Shown here one piece after another: positions 37,549 through 46,587 of a stretch of 64,000 nucleotides of DNA (position 1 is the stretch's first letter; each line of letters opens with the position of its first letter). Source of the DNA: an uncultured Candidatus Saccharibacteria bacterium (lineage in GTDB: Bacteria; Patescibacteriota; Saccharimonadia; Saccharimonadales; CAZICT01); the NCBI GenBank assembly GCA_964537935.1, contig CAZICT010000001.1, positions 200,228 to 264,227 on the forward strand, read 5' to 3'. The notes under the pieces are model-generated. The model was given only the letters and a program-made list of their open reading frames with translations, was not told the origin of the DNA and ran no database searches. The position numbers and the translations under genes were made by a program.

Positions 37549-39837
37549 ATGACAAAAAATTTAGTAATCGTTGAGAGCCCAGCCAAAGCCAAGACTATAG
37601 AAAAGTTTCTTGGTAAAGATTTTACTGTTAAAAGTAGTTTTGGACATATACGCGATTTACCTAAAAAGGGAATCAGTATTGATATCGATAAAAACTTCGA
37701 GCCGACTTATGAAATCAGCGCTGATAAGAAAAAGATAGTTTCAGAGCTCAAGAAGCTTGCTAAGACGGCGGACAATGTTTGGTTAGCCAGTGATGAAGAC
37801 CGTGAAGGGGAGGCAATTGCCTGGCATTTATGCCATGCACTTGGCCTTAGCCCTGAAGCTACTAAACGCATTGTGTTTCATGAAATAACCAAGCCGGCGA
37901 TTGATCAAGCGGTAGCTAACCCGCGCACCGTTGATAAAAAGCTAGTTGATGCTCAACAGGCACGCCGAGTGCTCGACCGTCTCGTCGGCTATGAACTAAG
38001 CCCTGTGTTATGGAAAAAGGTTCGCCCAGGACTAAGCGCTGGCCGTGTTCAGTCAGTCGCGGTACGATTAATTGTTGAGCGTGAAAGGGAGATTAAGGCC
38101 TTTGAGCCAGAATCTAGTTACAAGGTTAATGCATCATTCAACGCGACCAAGGACCAATTGCCGGCTGAACTTTCTAAAAAACTAGCTACCGAATCAGAAG
38201 CTAAAGACTTTGTTACAGCTTGTATAGGCGCCGATTTTACGGTCAGCGGCATCGAGCAAAAGCCCGGCACGCGCAGCCCTGGTGCACCATTCACCACCAG
38301 CACTCTCCAACAGGAAGCGGCACGAAGGCTTGGATTTAGCGTTCGGCAAACCATGACGCTCGCTCAGCGACTATATGAAAGCGGGCAAATTACATATATG
38401 CGTACTGACAGCACCATTCTCTCCAAGACCGCTCTTGATGCCTGTAAAGCTTATATAACCAAGAATTTTGGCGATAACTATCATGAATTGAGGCAATACA
38501 AAACCAAAAACACCAGCGCCCAAGAAGCTCACGAGGCTATCAGGCCAACTGATTTTAATAAACAAAGCGCGGGTTCTGATGAACAACAGCGAAAGTTATA
38601 CGAATTAATATGGCGGCGGACTATCGCCAGTCAGATGGCCGGAGCAAAAACCAGCCGGACAGAGGCCAGTATAGCGGTTAGCACACGATCCGAACACTTT
38701 GTAGCCAAGGGCGAAGTTTTGGTTTTCGACGGATTTTTAAAGGTTTACGGCGGCGGCAAAGATGACGTAATTCTTCCTGAATTAAAAGAGGGGCAAAGTC
38801 TTGAATTAGCTTTACTCACAGCTAACGAAACATTTAGCCGTCCACCGGCACGTTACTCGGAAGCAAGCCTGGTGCGTAAACTTGAGGAGCTTGGCATTGG
38901 TCGCCCAAGTACTTACGCTCCTACAATTTCAACCATCCAAACTCGGGGTTATGTAGAGAGGGGAGACCTCGCTGGATCAGAAAGAAAAACTACAGTTATC
39001 ACACTTGAGGACGGCCAGGTGCAGTCAAAAGTCACCACGGAAAACTACGGCGCCGATCGTAATAAGCTCCTGCCGACACCTCTGGCTGATGTGACAACCG
39101 ACTTTCTGGTAAAGCACTTCCCGTCGATAGTCAATTATGATTTCACAGCACACCTAGAAAAAGAATTTGATACCGTAGCCGACGGCAAGGCTAAATGGCA
39201 AGACATTATTAAAGATTTTTACGACAAATTTCATCCGCTTATTAAAAGCTCGGAAACGGTTAGTCGAGAAGAAAGCACCCAAACACGCTTACTGGGACAG
39301 GATCCGAAGTCAGGCAAGCCGATTATGGCACGCTATGGACGTTATGGGCCAATGTTGCAGCGAGGAGAGACCGAATCAGAAGAAAAACCGGACTTTGCTC
39401 CAATTCCTGAGGGAGCAACCATTGAAGGTATTACTTTAGAACAAGCACTTGAAGCGTTCAAATTGCCGCGGATAGTGGGCGTTACTGAAGACGGCCAGGA
39501 GATAAAGGCTAATATCGGTCGTTTTGGGCCATATATTCAAGTTGGTAAATTATATATCTCCATAAAGCCACACGACCCGATGAAGATTTCCGAAGAAGAG
39601 GCACGCGAATTCTATAAGAAGAAGCTTGAACAAGAAGCCAAAAAGCATATCAATGAATTTTCGTCAGGCATAAAGGTGTTAAACGGTCCTTATGGCCCAT
39701 ACGTAACCGACGGAAAAAAGAATGTACGGATAAAAAAAGACGTCGATCCCGGTAAGATTACCGAAAAACAAGCCAAGGAAATGCTTGAAAAGGCTCCAGA
39801 TAAGAAAAAGCGCTTCACTCGTCGTAAAAAAGCTTAA
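37549..39837 (+). CDS. topA: DNA topoisomerase I with basic C-terminal tail
   Basis: Toprim start LVIVESPAKAKTIEKFLG, active-site Tyr region (ITYMRTDS). Length 762 aa. C-terminus KKDVDPGKITEKQAKEMLEKAPDKKKRFTRRKKA. Confidence 0.9.
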   Translation: MTKNLVIVESPAKAKTIEKFLGKDFTVKSSFGHIRDLPKKGISIDIDKNFEPTYEISADKKKIVSELKKLAKTADNVWLASDEDREGEAIAWHLCHALGLSPEATKRIVFHEITKPAIDQAVANPRTVDKKLVDAQQARRVLDRLVGYELSPVLWKKVRPGLSAGRVQSVAVRLIVEREREIKAFEPESSYKVNASFNATKDQLPAELSKKLATESEAKDFVTACIGADFTVSGIEQKPGTRSPGAPFTTSTLQQEAARRLGFSVRQTMTLAQRLYESGQITYMRTDSTILSKTALDACKAYITKNFGDNYHELRQYKTKNTSAQEAHEAIRPTDFNKQSAGSDEQQRKLYELIWRRTIASQMAGAKTSRTEASIAVSTRSEHFVAKGEVLVFDGFLKVYGGGKDDVILPELKEGQSLELALLTANETFSRPPARYSEASLVRKLEELGIGRPSTYAPTISTIQTRGYVERGDLAGSERKTTVITLEDGQVQSKVTTENYGADRNKLLPTPLADVTTDFLVKHFPSIVNYDFTAHLEKEFDTVADGKAKWQDIIKDFYDKFHPLIKSSETVSREESTQTRLLGQDPKSGKPIMARYGRYGPMLQRGETESEEKPDFAPIPEGATIEGITLEQALEAFKLPRIVGVTEDGQEIKANIGRFGPYIQVGKLYISIKPHDPMKISEEEAREFYKKKLEQEAKKHINEFSSGIKVLNGPYGPYVTDGKKNVRIKKDVDPGKITEKQAKEMLEKAPDKKKRFTRRKKA

Positions 39838-39884
39838 AACTCAAAAATATAAACACAAACATAAAATTCGAATTTTATAAGTGC

Positions 39885-39912
39885 TTATCCACAATCTGGT
39901 ATCTTATCCAAG
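39885..39912 (+). promoter_or_regulatory. Two DnaA-box-like 9-mers in direct orientation (TTATCCACA perfect; TTATCCAAG, 2 mismatches)
   Basis: gtgcTTATCCACAatctggtatcTTATCCAAGtt lies in a 220-bp AT-rich spacer between topA and the sigma-4/HARE gene. Confidence 0.4.
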
Positions 39913-40060
39913 TTATTTTATTGTAATATTTGTACACCATTTTTTAAGCATGCCTGTCTATTTAGTGCTACAATAATATATAAGAACAATGTTCTTGACT
40001 TATATATACATTTATTTTACAATTTATAAATAATACAGTAGAAACAGGTAAGGGAAGAGT

Positions 40061-41095
40061 ATGGCCGAAATCACCACCAAGCTTGATATTGAGAAAATTA
40101 TTAACGATATCCTCGAAACTATTGACCGTGAAAGGGAACGTGAAATTATTTCACGTCGTTTTGGTTTGTTTGACCGCAAAGAAACTCTGGAGCAAATTGG
40201 TGAGCTGCTTGGAATTACACGCGAACGCGTAAGACAGTTGGAAAAGGCTGTCGTTGCGCGTTTGAAAGCTGTTGCTGACAGCCATGAACTGCCACACATC
40301 GATGAAGTACAGAATGTCTTTACCCGTCAGATTTCAGAGCTTGGAAACGTGGCACGTGTAAGTGACCTAACCGCTAGACTGGTTGACGACAACTCAAAAA
40401 TAAACCAATCAAGGATATCATTCCTTGCGACGCTATGCCCGGAACTTACAGTGGTTGATGACAACGATCATTTTTACCACGCGGTAGGCCTTAGATCTGT
40501 TCATGACGAAAAGGCAATCAAAGACCAGGTAAAGACCATTATTGATGCCGTAAAGGTGATCGGCGAGCCAACGTCAATAGAGAAAGTTGCCGAACAAGCC
40601 AAGCAAACAGATTCTAACCATACCCGGGCGCTAGCTAGTATCAGCAAGCATTTAGCTACACTTAATAACCGTTGGGGGCTCATTAAGTGGCCGATGGTAA
40701 ATCCAAAAAACATCCGCGATAAAATTTATGTCATTCTTCACGAAAATGGTAAACCGATGCACTTTAATGCTATTGCTGATGCAATCAAAAGCAGTGATTT
40801 TAAGCGTAAAGATGTCACCACTCAAGCTATTCACAATGAATTGATAAAAGATAAGCGCTTCGTGCTCATAGGGCGCGGGATTTATGCTCTAAAAGAATGG
40901 GGATATTCCAAGGGTACGGTCGCCGATATCATCTCAGATGTACTTAAAAAAGCAGGGGAGCCACTGCATCGCGATGAGATAGTTAAGCAGGTATTGAAAA
41001 GCCGACAGGTTAAAGAAACTACCATTCTATTGAACCTGCAAGGAAAATCCCAGTTTAAACGAGTCGCTAAGGCTACTTACACGCTTGCGGAATAA
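40061..41095 (+). CDS. Sigma-70 region-4-like HTH domain fused to two HARE-HTH-like domains
   Basis: The N-terminal ISRRFGLFDRKETLEQIGELLGITRERVRQLEKAVVARLK is a sigma region-4 signature. Two C-terminal repeats carry the HARE-HTH hallmark (F.R.G.G.Y.L.EW): RFVLIGRGIYALKEWGY and FKRVAKATYTLAE, each preceded by a GKP(M/L)H helix start. Confidence 0.65.
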   Translation: MAEITTKLDIEKIINDILETIDREREREIISRRFGLFDRKETLEQIGELLGITRERVRQLEKAVVARLKAVADSHELPHIDEVQNVFTRQISELGNVARVSDLTARLVDDNSKINQSRISFLATLCPELTVVDDNDHFYHAVGLRSVHDEKAIKDQVKTIIDAVKVIGEPTSIEKVAEQAKQTDSNHTRALASISKHLATLNNRWGLIKWPMVNPKNIRDKIYVILHENGKPMHFNAIADAIKSSDFKRKDVTTQAIHNELIKDKRFVLIGRGIYALKEWGYSKGTVADIISDVLKKAGEPLHRDEIVKQVLKSRQVKETTILLNLQGKSQFKRVAKATYTLAE

Positions 41096-41390
41096 ATCCA
41101 AAATGTCCGAAGCAAATATTTCACCTGTGCGCTCTTCTGTTGAGTTCTATGAAGCTAACCAGCAACAGGAAGAATACCCGAACTTTCAAACATATAGCTT
41201 AGGGGATTACGACGTAGATTACTATGTGGCTGACTGGTCCTTGTCAGCTCTATCTTCTATTTTTGATGAAAGCCTAAAAGACGCTCCAATAACCATAGAC
41301 TCTGATATACCGGAAGAATTACAAGGGCCGTGGGCGCTTGCGACACACCTGAGCAGCCAAGCGGTTACTTCTGATAAAGAAATCCTTTGA
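41085..41390 (+). CDS. Hypothetical acidic protein (101 aa), possibly the 5' part of a frameshifted longer gene
   Basis: ORF only. A start-less open frame in the +1 frame continues from 41353 to 41613. Confidence 0.4.
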   Translation: MRNKSKMSEANISPVRSSVEFYEANQQQEEYPNFQTYSLGDYDVDYYVADWSLSALSSIFDESLKDAPITIDSDIPEELQGPWALATHLSSQAVTSDKEIL

Positions 41391-42024
41391 TCGTATTCAA
41401 AGAGCTGACGAGCAGGTTGTACGGCTGCTGCTTTCTCGCGGTAAAGGGCGTATTGCTCTGCTATTTAGACAGAAACGTGAATTATTCTTGTCAAATTATG
41501 CAGAAAAGCACCTATCCAAGCCAGGAGGCTATGATGATACAACATTGCTCCAAGAAATGCTGGTAGCGGCAAAATATCATAGAAAATGCCTTGATGACTA
41601 TGCTGCCGTATAGGTCTGATGCCATATTGCATATTTAATGAACGTTTTGCGAACATCGAATTACACAGCGTTTTTATGAACAGTTAAATAAACGAAGCTC
41701 AAAAAAGCAAAATTGTTTTAATGCAATAAGACAGTGAAGGCGAGCAAAAAAAAATTTGTGGTACGTAAATTAAAGACGAGAGATTAAAACTAAAAATAGA
41801 ATAGAAATGACAGTAAAAGAGCACTTCTCCGTGATATAAACTTAAAGTCGCACAATGTATATTTTGCGACCTATAAATATTTACTGAAGATGATAAGCTT
41901 ATACCTCCGCTGTAGGGGAGTTTTTAGGCTCCTGCTGTTTAAATACACATTCGACTGCTTTTTGAATTTAAAACTTAGTCTTCCACCACTACATTGACTG
42001 GCGTTTTACCATGGCTGTGTATAG

Positions 42025-42033
42025 TTATCCACA
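42025..42033 (+). promoter_or_regulatory. Perfect DnaA box (TTATCCACA) at the edge of an 850-bp AT-rich non-coding region
   Basis: atagTTATCCACAatgctg is followed within 40 bp by an extremely AT-rich stretch (42060-42190). Confidence 0.35.
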
Positions 42034-42252
42034 ATGCTGCGTGAAAAGTTTGCTTTTTTGTTTTTATTATTAATTAATTTGCTTTTCCCCTGCTTTATTA
42101 ATAAATATATATTTTTTTGACATATCCCCTTTTTAGTTATTTTGTAAGTTTTTTTATAAAACGTTGTATCAATTTTAAAATGAACAATTTACGAACATGG
42201 ACGGGAAGAGAGGGAGACTACTACGAGCAGTAACGGTTTGTTTGTATCGGTT

Positions 42253-43176
42253 CTATTTAGTGGAGGCACGCTCTGGTATACGGACATCGATGTATTCACT
42301 CGGAGAACGCCCCTGCTCCGCTATCTTATCTCTTACCAAAAGATATGTCCCGACCTGTTGCCTTGGGTCGCTTTCCGTGTTGAACTTCACGAAGTAATTG
42401 TTATCTTCAATATATATGTGCAGCTCATTAGCTATCGCCGGAAACACCAGTCTCTTATAGGCAACTTCTTCAGCCTCAAGATAAGCTACCACTGTTTGTA
42501 CAAACTTAACCAGGTCACTGGGTATGGCTACTTCTCCTGTATTTGCTTGGATGTCAGCTGTATCTTCAATAGTCGGTACGTTATCCCGAATAGAGCTTGG
42601 CAGCTTCGATGCCTCGCCTATAACTCTTCCGGAAGCAGCAACAGCCATTGCACCGCGACTTGTTGCTAGAATAATCGCCGGTCTTTCTGGAGCGAGATGA
42701 GCGGTAACATTACGGCCAAACATAGGAATCATAAGTGAAACTTGACCTAGCTCGGGAAATTTTTGTTTTAATAATGATTCTATACTTTCAGCATCAATAA
42801 AAAACTTGCTGCGGTTAAGGATAGATGAGTTGAGTAAATTTTCCAGCTCACTCTTGTACTGAGATGTATCAGAGGTTAGTGGCGATCCGTCTGCTTGAAA
42901 AACTCTAACGTTAACCTGGGTCGAAAGCGTACTTATAAACGTAAATCCCGCTAAAAGCACAAATATAAACAGCCCTGCAGCAAGGTGTTTATTCCGTAAT
43001 GACTTAGACGTATTTTGCTGTGAGTGTCGCTCGTGGTTTGCTGGGCTATCAGTATTCGAACGGCTGGAGTGATACGAAAACACCGGCATCCGCTGTTGCG
43101 AAATTTTTGAAGTCCGTTTTTGGGATTCCTTATTCTTAGATCTCCGTTTAAACATAACTACTTCTTTAGTGTCCAA
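42253..43176 (-). CDS. ftsQ: Cell-division protein FtsQ/DivIB-like (POTRA-containing)
   Basis: Last gene of the dcw cluster. Basic cytoplasmic N-term, one TM (LAAGLFIFVLLAGFTFIST), extracytoplasmic domain of FtsQ-like size. Confidence 0.6.
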   Translation of the reverse strand: MDTKEVVMFKRRSKNKESQKRTSKISQQRMPVFSYHSSRSNTDSPANHERHSQQNTSKSLRNKHLAAGLFIFVLLAGFTFISTLSTQVNVRVFQADGSPLTSDTSQYKSELENLLNSSILNRSKFFIDAESIESLLKQKFPELGQVSLMIPMFGRNVTAHLAPERPAIILATSRGAMAVAASGRVIGEASKLPSSIRDNVPTIEDTADIQANTGEVAIPSDLVKFVQTVVAYLEAEEVAYKRLVFPAIANELHIYIEDNNYFVKFNTESDPRQQVGTYLLVRDKIAEQGRSPSEYIDVRIPERASTK

Positions 43177-44308
43177 CTTCTATTAAGAGCTCAGCTAATC
43201 TGCGGGAAGCGTTAGGTATGGTAATTTGCCGCAAGACAGCCTCAAGCCTTAGACGGGCTTCGGCATCTTTTAATAATCGGTTGACCATATCAAAAAGGGC
43301 TTCCGGGCGCCGTTTTAATATCGTTTCATCGGCAACTTCTACTGCTCGTTGGCGCTGTAATTCCTCAGCATTTTTTAGTTGGTGCCCGCCCGTGAGCAAA
43401 GGATTTGGCACTACTATGCAAGCTTTGCCTTGTATTCCAAATTCCGCCAAAGCATTCGCCCCTGCTCTTGTAATTATTACATCAGCTGCACCGCTGTAAC
43501 GATACATACCGTCAATGAAAGGCTTAACTGTTAAACGTTCGTGCTTAAACCCCCCGTATGTAGACTCATTCCCCTTCCCTACCTGATGAACGATAAAGAG
43601 ATCAGGATTTTCGTTAAGCAGTTTTGGCGCAACATGGGCCATGGCTTTATTAAGGTTAACCGACCCGTGACTGCCTCCAGTTATGAATAATAAAGAGCAC
43701 TCCTGGTTAAGCCCGAGTTCCTTTTTATAGTTTTTCTTCAAACCGGCATCAACCGGTGTGTAGTCACTGCCGACAAGCACACCGACATGTATGGTTTTTT
43801 CTTTAGGATATCTATAGAAGTCAACCGGCATTCCGGTAGCATGCATGTGAGCCCACCGACTTACCAGCCGGTTAGCCAAACCGGGCATAGCATCGGAATC
43901 GTGCGTTATGAACGGAATCTTCATCAATGCTGCAGCCAAGCCAACGGGCACACCGACAAATCCACCCTTCAGCAAGATCACTTCTGGACGTGTCTTACGA
44001 AGCAGCAGTACGCTCTGAAAAAAACCAATCAAAAAATAGAAAAAATCACGGATGTTCAGTAAGTTTGTCTTGATATCAATAATTCGACGGAACCAAGACT
44101 CGCCATGATAGCGGCGAAACTTACCGGCGAATATTGAATATTCACTATCGAAATTGTGATGACCCTTAGTCATGTCACCAAACTTAGCATTACGTTCGCC
44201 AACATAAATTATGTAGTGCTCTGGATTAAGCTGTTTTATTTCATGGGCGACGGCTAACAGCGGCGTAATGTGGCCGCCGGTTCCGCCCCCTGTAAGAAGT
44301 ACTTTCAT
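43166..44308 (-). CDS. murG: UDP-N-acetylglucosamine--N-acetylmuramyl-(pentapeptide) pyrophosphoryl-undecaprenol N-acetylglucosamine transferase
   Basis: MKVLLTGGGTGGHITP N-terminus and GT28 C-domain. Start trimmed to MKVLL. 5' end overlaps the ftsW 3' end. Confidence 0.85.
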   Translation of the reverse strand: MKVLLTGGGTGGHITPLLAVAHEIKQLNPEHYIIYVGERNAKFGDMTKGHHNFDSEYSIFAGKFRRYHGESWFRRIIDIKTNLLNIRDFFYFLIGFFQSVLLLRKTRPEVILLKGGFVGVPVGLAAALMKIPFITHDSDAMPGLANRLVSRWAHMHATGMPVDFYRYPKEKTIHVGVLVGSDYTPVDAGLKKNYKKELGLNQECSLLFITGGSHGSVNLNKAMAHVAPKLLNENPDLFIVHQVGKGNESTYGGFKHERLTVKPFIDGMYRYSGAADVIITRAGANALAEFGIQGKACIVVPNPLLTGGHQLKNAEELQRQRAVEVADETILKRRPEALFDMVNRLLKDAEARLRLEAVLRQITIPNASRRLAELLIEVGH

Positions 44309-45494
44309 ATCTGCTTCCTTCACTAGCGTCGGTGTTTACCGCATAGGTAGTATACCGCGAAATATTAAACACCACTCCAAGTGCTGCCATAACAAATATT
44401 ATGCTGGTACCTCCGTAGCTTATAAACGGTAATGTTATTCCTTTTAGTGGTAAAAGGCCTATCATGGCGCCGATATTAATCAATGTTTGAGTACTCAACC
44501 ATGCTAAGACCCCAACGACAACTAATCGGCTGTGAGTGTCTGGGGCTCTTTCAATAATGCTTTTTATGCGTGCGAAGAAAACACCGAACACTACAATGAG
44601 CAAGGATGTTCCGAAAAAGCCGAATTTTTCAGCGATGATAGCAAATATTGAATCGTTAGATGCTTCAGGCAGATATCCGTAAGCCTGGACGCTGTGAGCT
44701 ACTCCTTTGCCGACTAGCCCGCCGGAGCCGACCGCAATCAAAGCCTGGCATGCCTGATAACCAGCATCCTGGCAATCTCGTTCAGGCTGCAGAAACGTCA
44801 TGAACCGCTCACGCCGATAGTCACTCGTTGATATTGCAAGCGTGGTACCGAGTGCAATAATACCCAATAAAATAAAGGTCTTCTTAAGAGGTAGTCCAGC
44901 CACAAAACACATCGTGCCGATTACCACTACCAACACCCCCATTGATCCTAGATCACTTTGAAGAATTGCGACGGTTAACCCTATTACCGCTAATAAAATC
45001 AGAAGCGGCTTAAAGGTTTTGTCTCCTCGCTTTATGGTGCCCTCCTGGATACGTTGAGTCAAAAAGCCAGCCAACCAAAAGATAAGGGCAAACTTAATTA
45101 CCTCAACCGCCTGAAGCGATAATCCGGCAAACCTAACCCATCGATGGGCAGGATATTCCGGTGTTACTGGCAAAATTAACGCCAGGAGTGTTACACCGAG
45201 TGCTATGCCGATAAGTGGTTTGGTTAGTACACGCCACAGCTTGAGAGATATACTTGCAGCTATAAAAAAGGTTATCAGGCCCACGCCAATCGCCGTTGCC
45301 TGCTTGCTTATGTAATAACTCTCACTAACATTCCGCTGGACTGCTAACCCAGGGCTTATAGAATAGATAACAATTAATCCTACCACCAATAGAATGACGC
45401 TGGTAAGTATCAATATATAATCAGGCTTATGCCGCCGTTGTTGCGGGGCATGTCCAAGCATCACCGGCTTACGCGCTGTAGTCCGCGGCCGCAT
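44241..45494 (-). CDS. ftsW: Peptidoglycan glycosyltransferase FtsW (SEDS family)
   Basis: 10-TM SEDS protein with conserved C-terminal PFISYGGTS. Confidence 0.85.
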   Translation of the reverse strand: MRPRTTARKPVMLGHAPQQRRHKPDYILILTSVILLVVGLIVIYSISPGLAVQRNVSESYYISKQATAIGVGLITFFIAASISLKLWRVLTKPLIGIALGVTLLALILPVTPEYPAHRWVRFAGLSLQAVEVIKFALIFWLAGFLTQRIQEGTIKRGDKTFKPLLILLAVIGLTVAILQSDLGSMGVLVVVIGTMCFVAGLPLKKTFILLGIIALGTTLAISTSDYRRERFMTFLQPERDCQDAGYQACQALIAVGSGGLVGKGVAHSVQAYGYLPEASNDSIFAIIAEKFGFFGTSLLIVVFGVFFARIKSIIERAPDTHSRLVVVGVLAWLSTQTLINIGAMIGLLPLKGITLPFISYGGTSIIFVMAALGVVFNISRYTTYAVNTDASEGSRYESTSYRGRNRRPHYAAVSRRP

Positions 45495-46562
45495 CTATCT
45501 CACTCCTATAAGATAAACAATGAGGCCTAATACTCCAGCTACTTGGCCAATAATCCAAAAACGCATAGTAACTTTTGTCTCCGGCCAGCCTATCGCTTCA
45601 AAGTGATGATGAATTGGTGAAGATATAAAAACCTTTTTACCGTGTCTAAGATATCTTGAGACGCGATTGATAATAACCGAACCGGTTTCAGCGACATAAA
45701 CGATTCCGATAATCGGTAAAATATATATCGTATCGGTTTGCAGAGCGATAATTCCGAGCGCTGTGCCGAGAGCGAAAGACCCGACGTCTCCCATAAAGAA
45801 CCGGGCTGGATAGATATTGAACCACGTATAGCTAAGCAATGCCCCTACGACTGACAAACAAAATCCAGCTAGCGCATAACGCTGCTCCAGAAAAGCTATA
45901 ACCGTATAGGCTGCAAAAGATGACACGAGCAACCCACCGGCTAAACCGTCGAGTCCGTCGGTAATATTTACGGCATTAGCAGTTGCTACCACCACAAACC
46001 AGAATACAGCTATTAAAATTACGCCAATCATAAACTGGCTGATGCCGAATGTGCCGACCTGCAAATCGAAAAAACCAAAGTTTATGCTTGTAACATCCAG
46101 TTTATTGAAGAACCACCATCCGCCGACTATAGCTACCATGCTATGAAGCACAAACTTAATCTTTGAGCGCATACCGGCAATACCGCCCTTTTTGCCGCGA
46201 ATGTTTATCCAGTCATCAACTAACCCGATTATTCCAGAACCTACCATACCGGCCAACGGCAGCCAGGTTTGACTGCGCTCCAGGTTACCAAAAAGCGTTA
46301 CTAAAGCTACTGAGAGAACAAATATGATACCGGCCATAGTGGGAATATTGCGTTTGTGCTTAGCGGCATGCAGTTGCTTATAAACTGAGGCTTCTCCGCC
46401 TGACCACGCTTCCGAGCGCTGCTGTTTCCACCACTTCCACTTATAGGCAACAGTGGTGTAGAGCGGCGTAATAAGCATGCTGACCATGAAGCTTGCGAAC
46501 GCCAACAGCAATATGCGGAGCAAAGTTTGTATTTCAATATTGATTTGTATTAATTCGGTCAT
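45495..46562 (-). CDS. mraY: Phospho-N-acetylmuramoyl-pentapeptide transferase
   Basis: MraY motifs (NAVNITDGLDGLA, RFFMGDVGS, HHHFE). Confidence 0.9.
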   Translation of the reverse strand: MTELIQINIEIQTLLRILLLAFASFMVSMLITPLYTTVAYKWKWWKQQRSEAWSGGEASVYKQLHAAKHKRNIPTMAGIIFVLSVALVTLFGNLERSQTWLPLAGMVGSGIIGLVDDWINIRGKKGGIAGMRSKIKFVLHSMVAIVGGWWFFNKLDVTSINFGFFDLQVGTFGISQFMIGVILIAVFWFVVVATANAVNITDGLDGLAGGLLVSSFAAYTVIAFLEQRYALAGFCLSVVGALLSYTWFNIYPARFFMGDVGSFALGTALGIIALQTDTIYILPIIGIVYVAETGSVIINRVSRYLRHGKKVFISSPIHHHFEAIGWPETKVTMRFWIIGQVAGVLGLIVYLIGVR

Positions 46563-46587
46563 AGCAGTTGGTCTTTATTATACTCTT

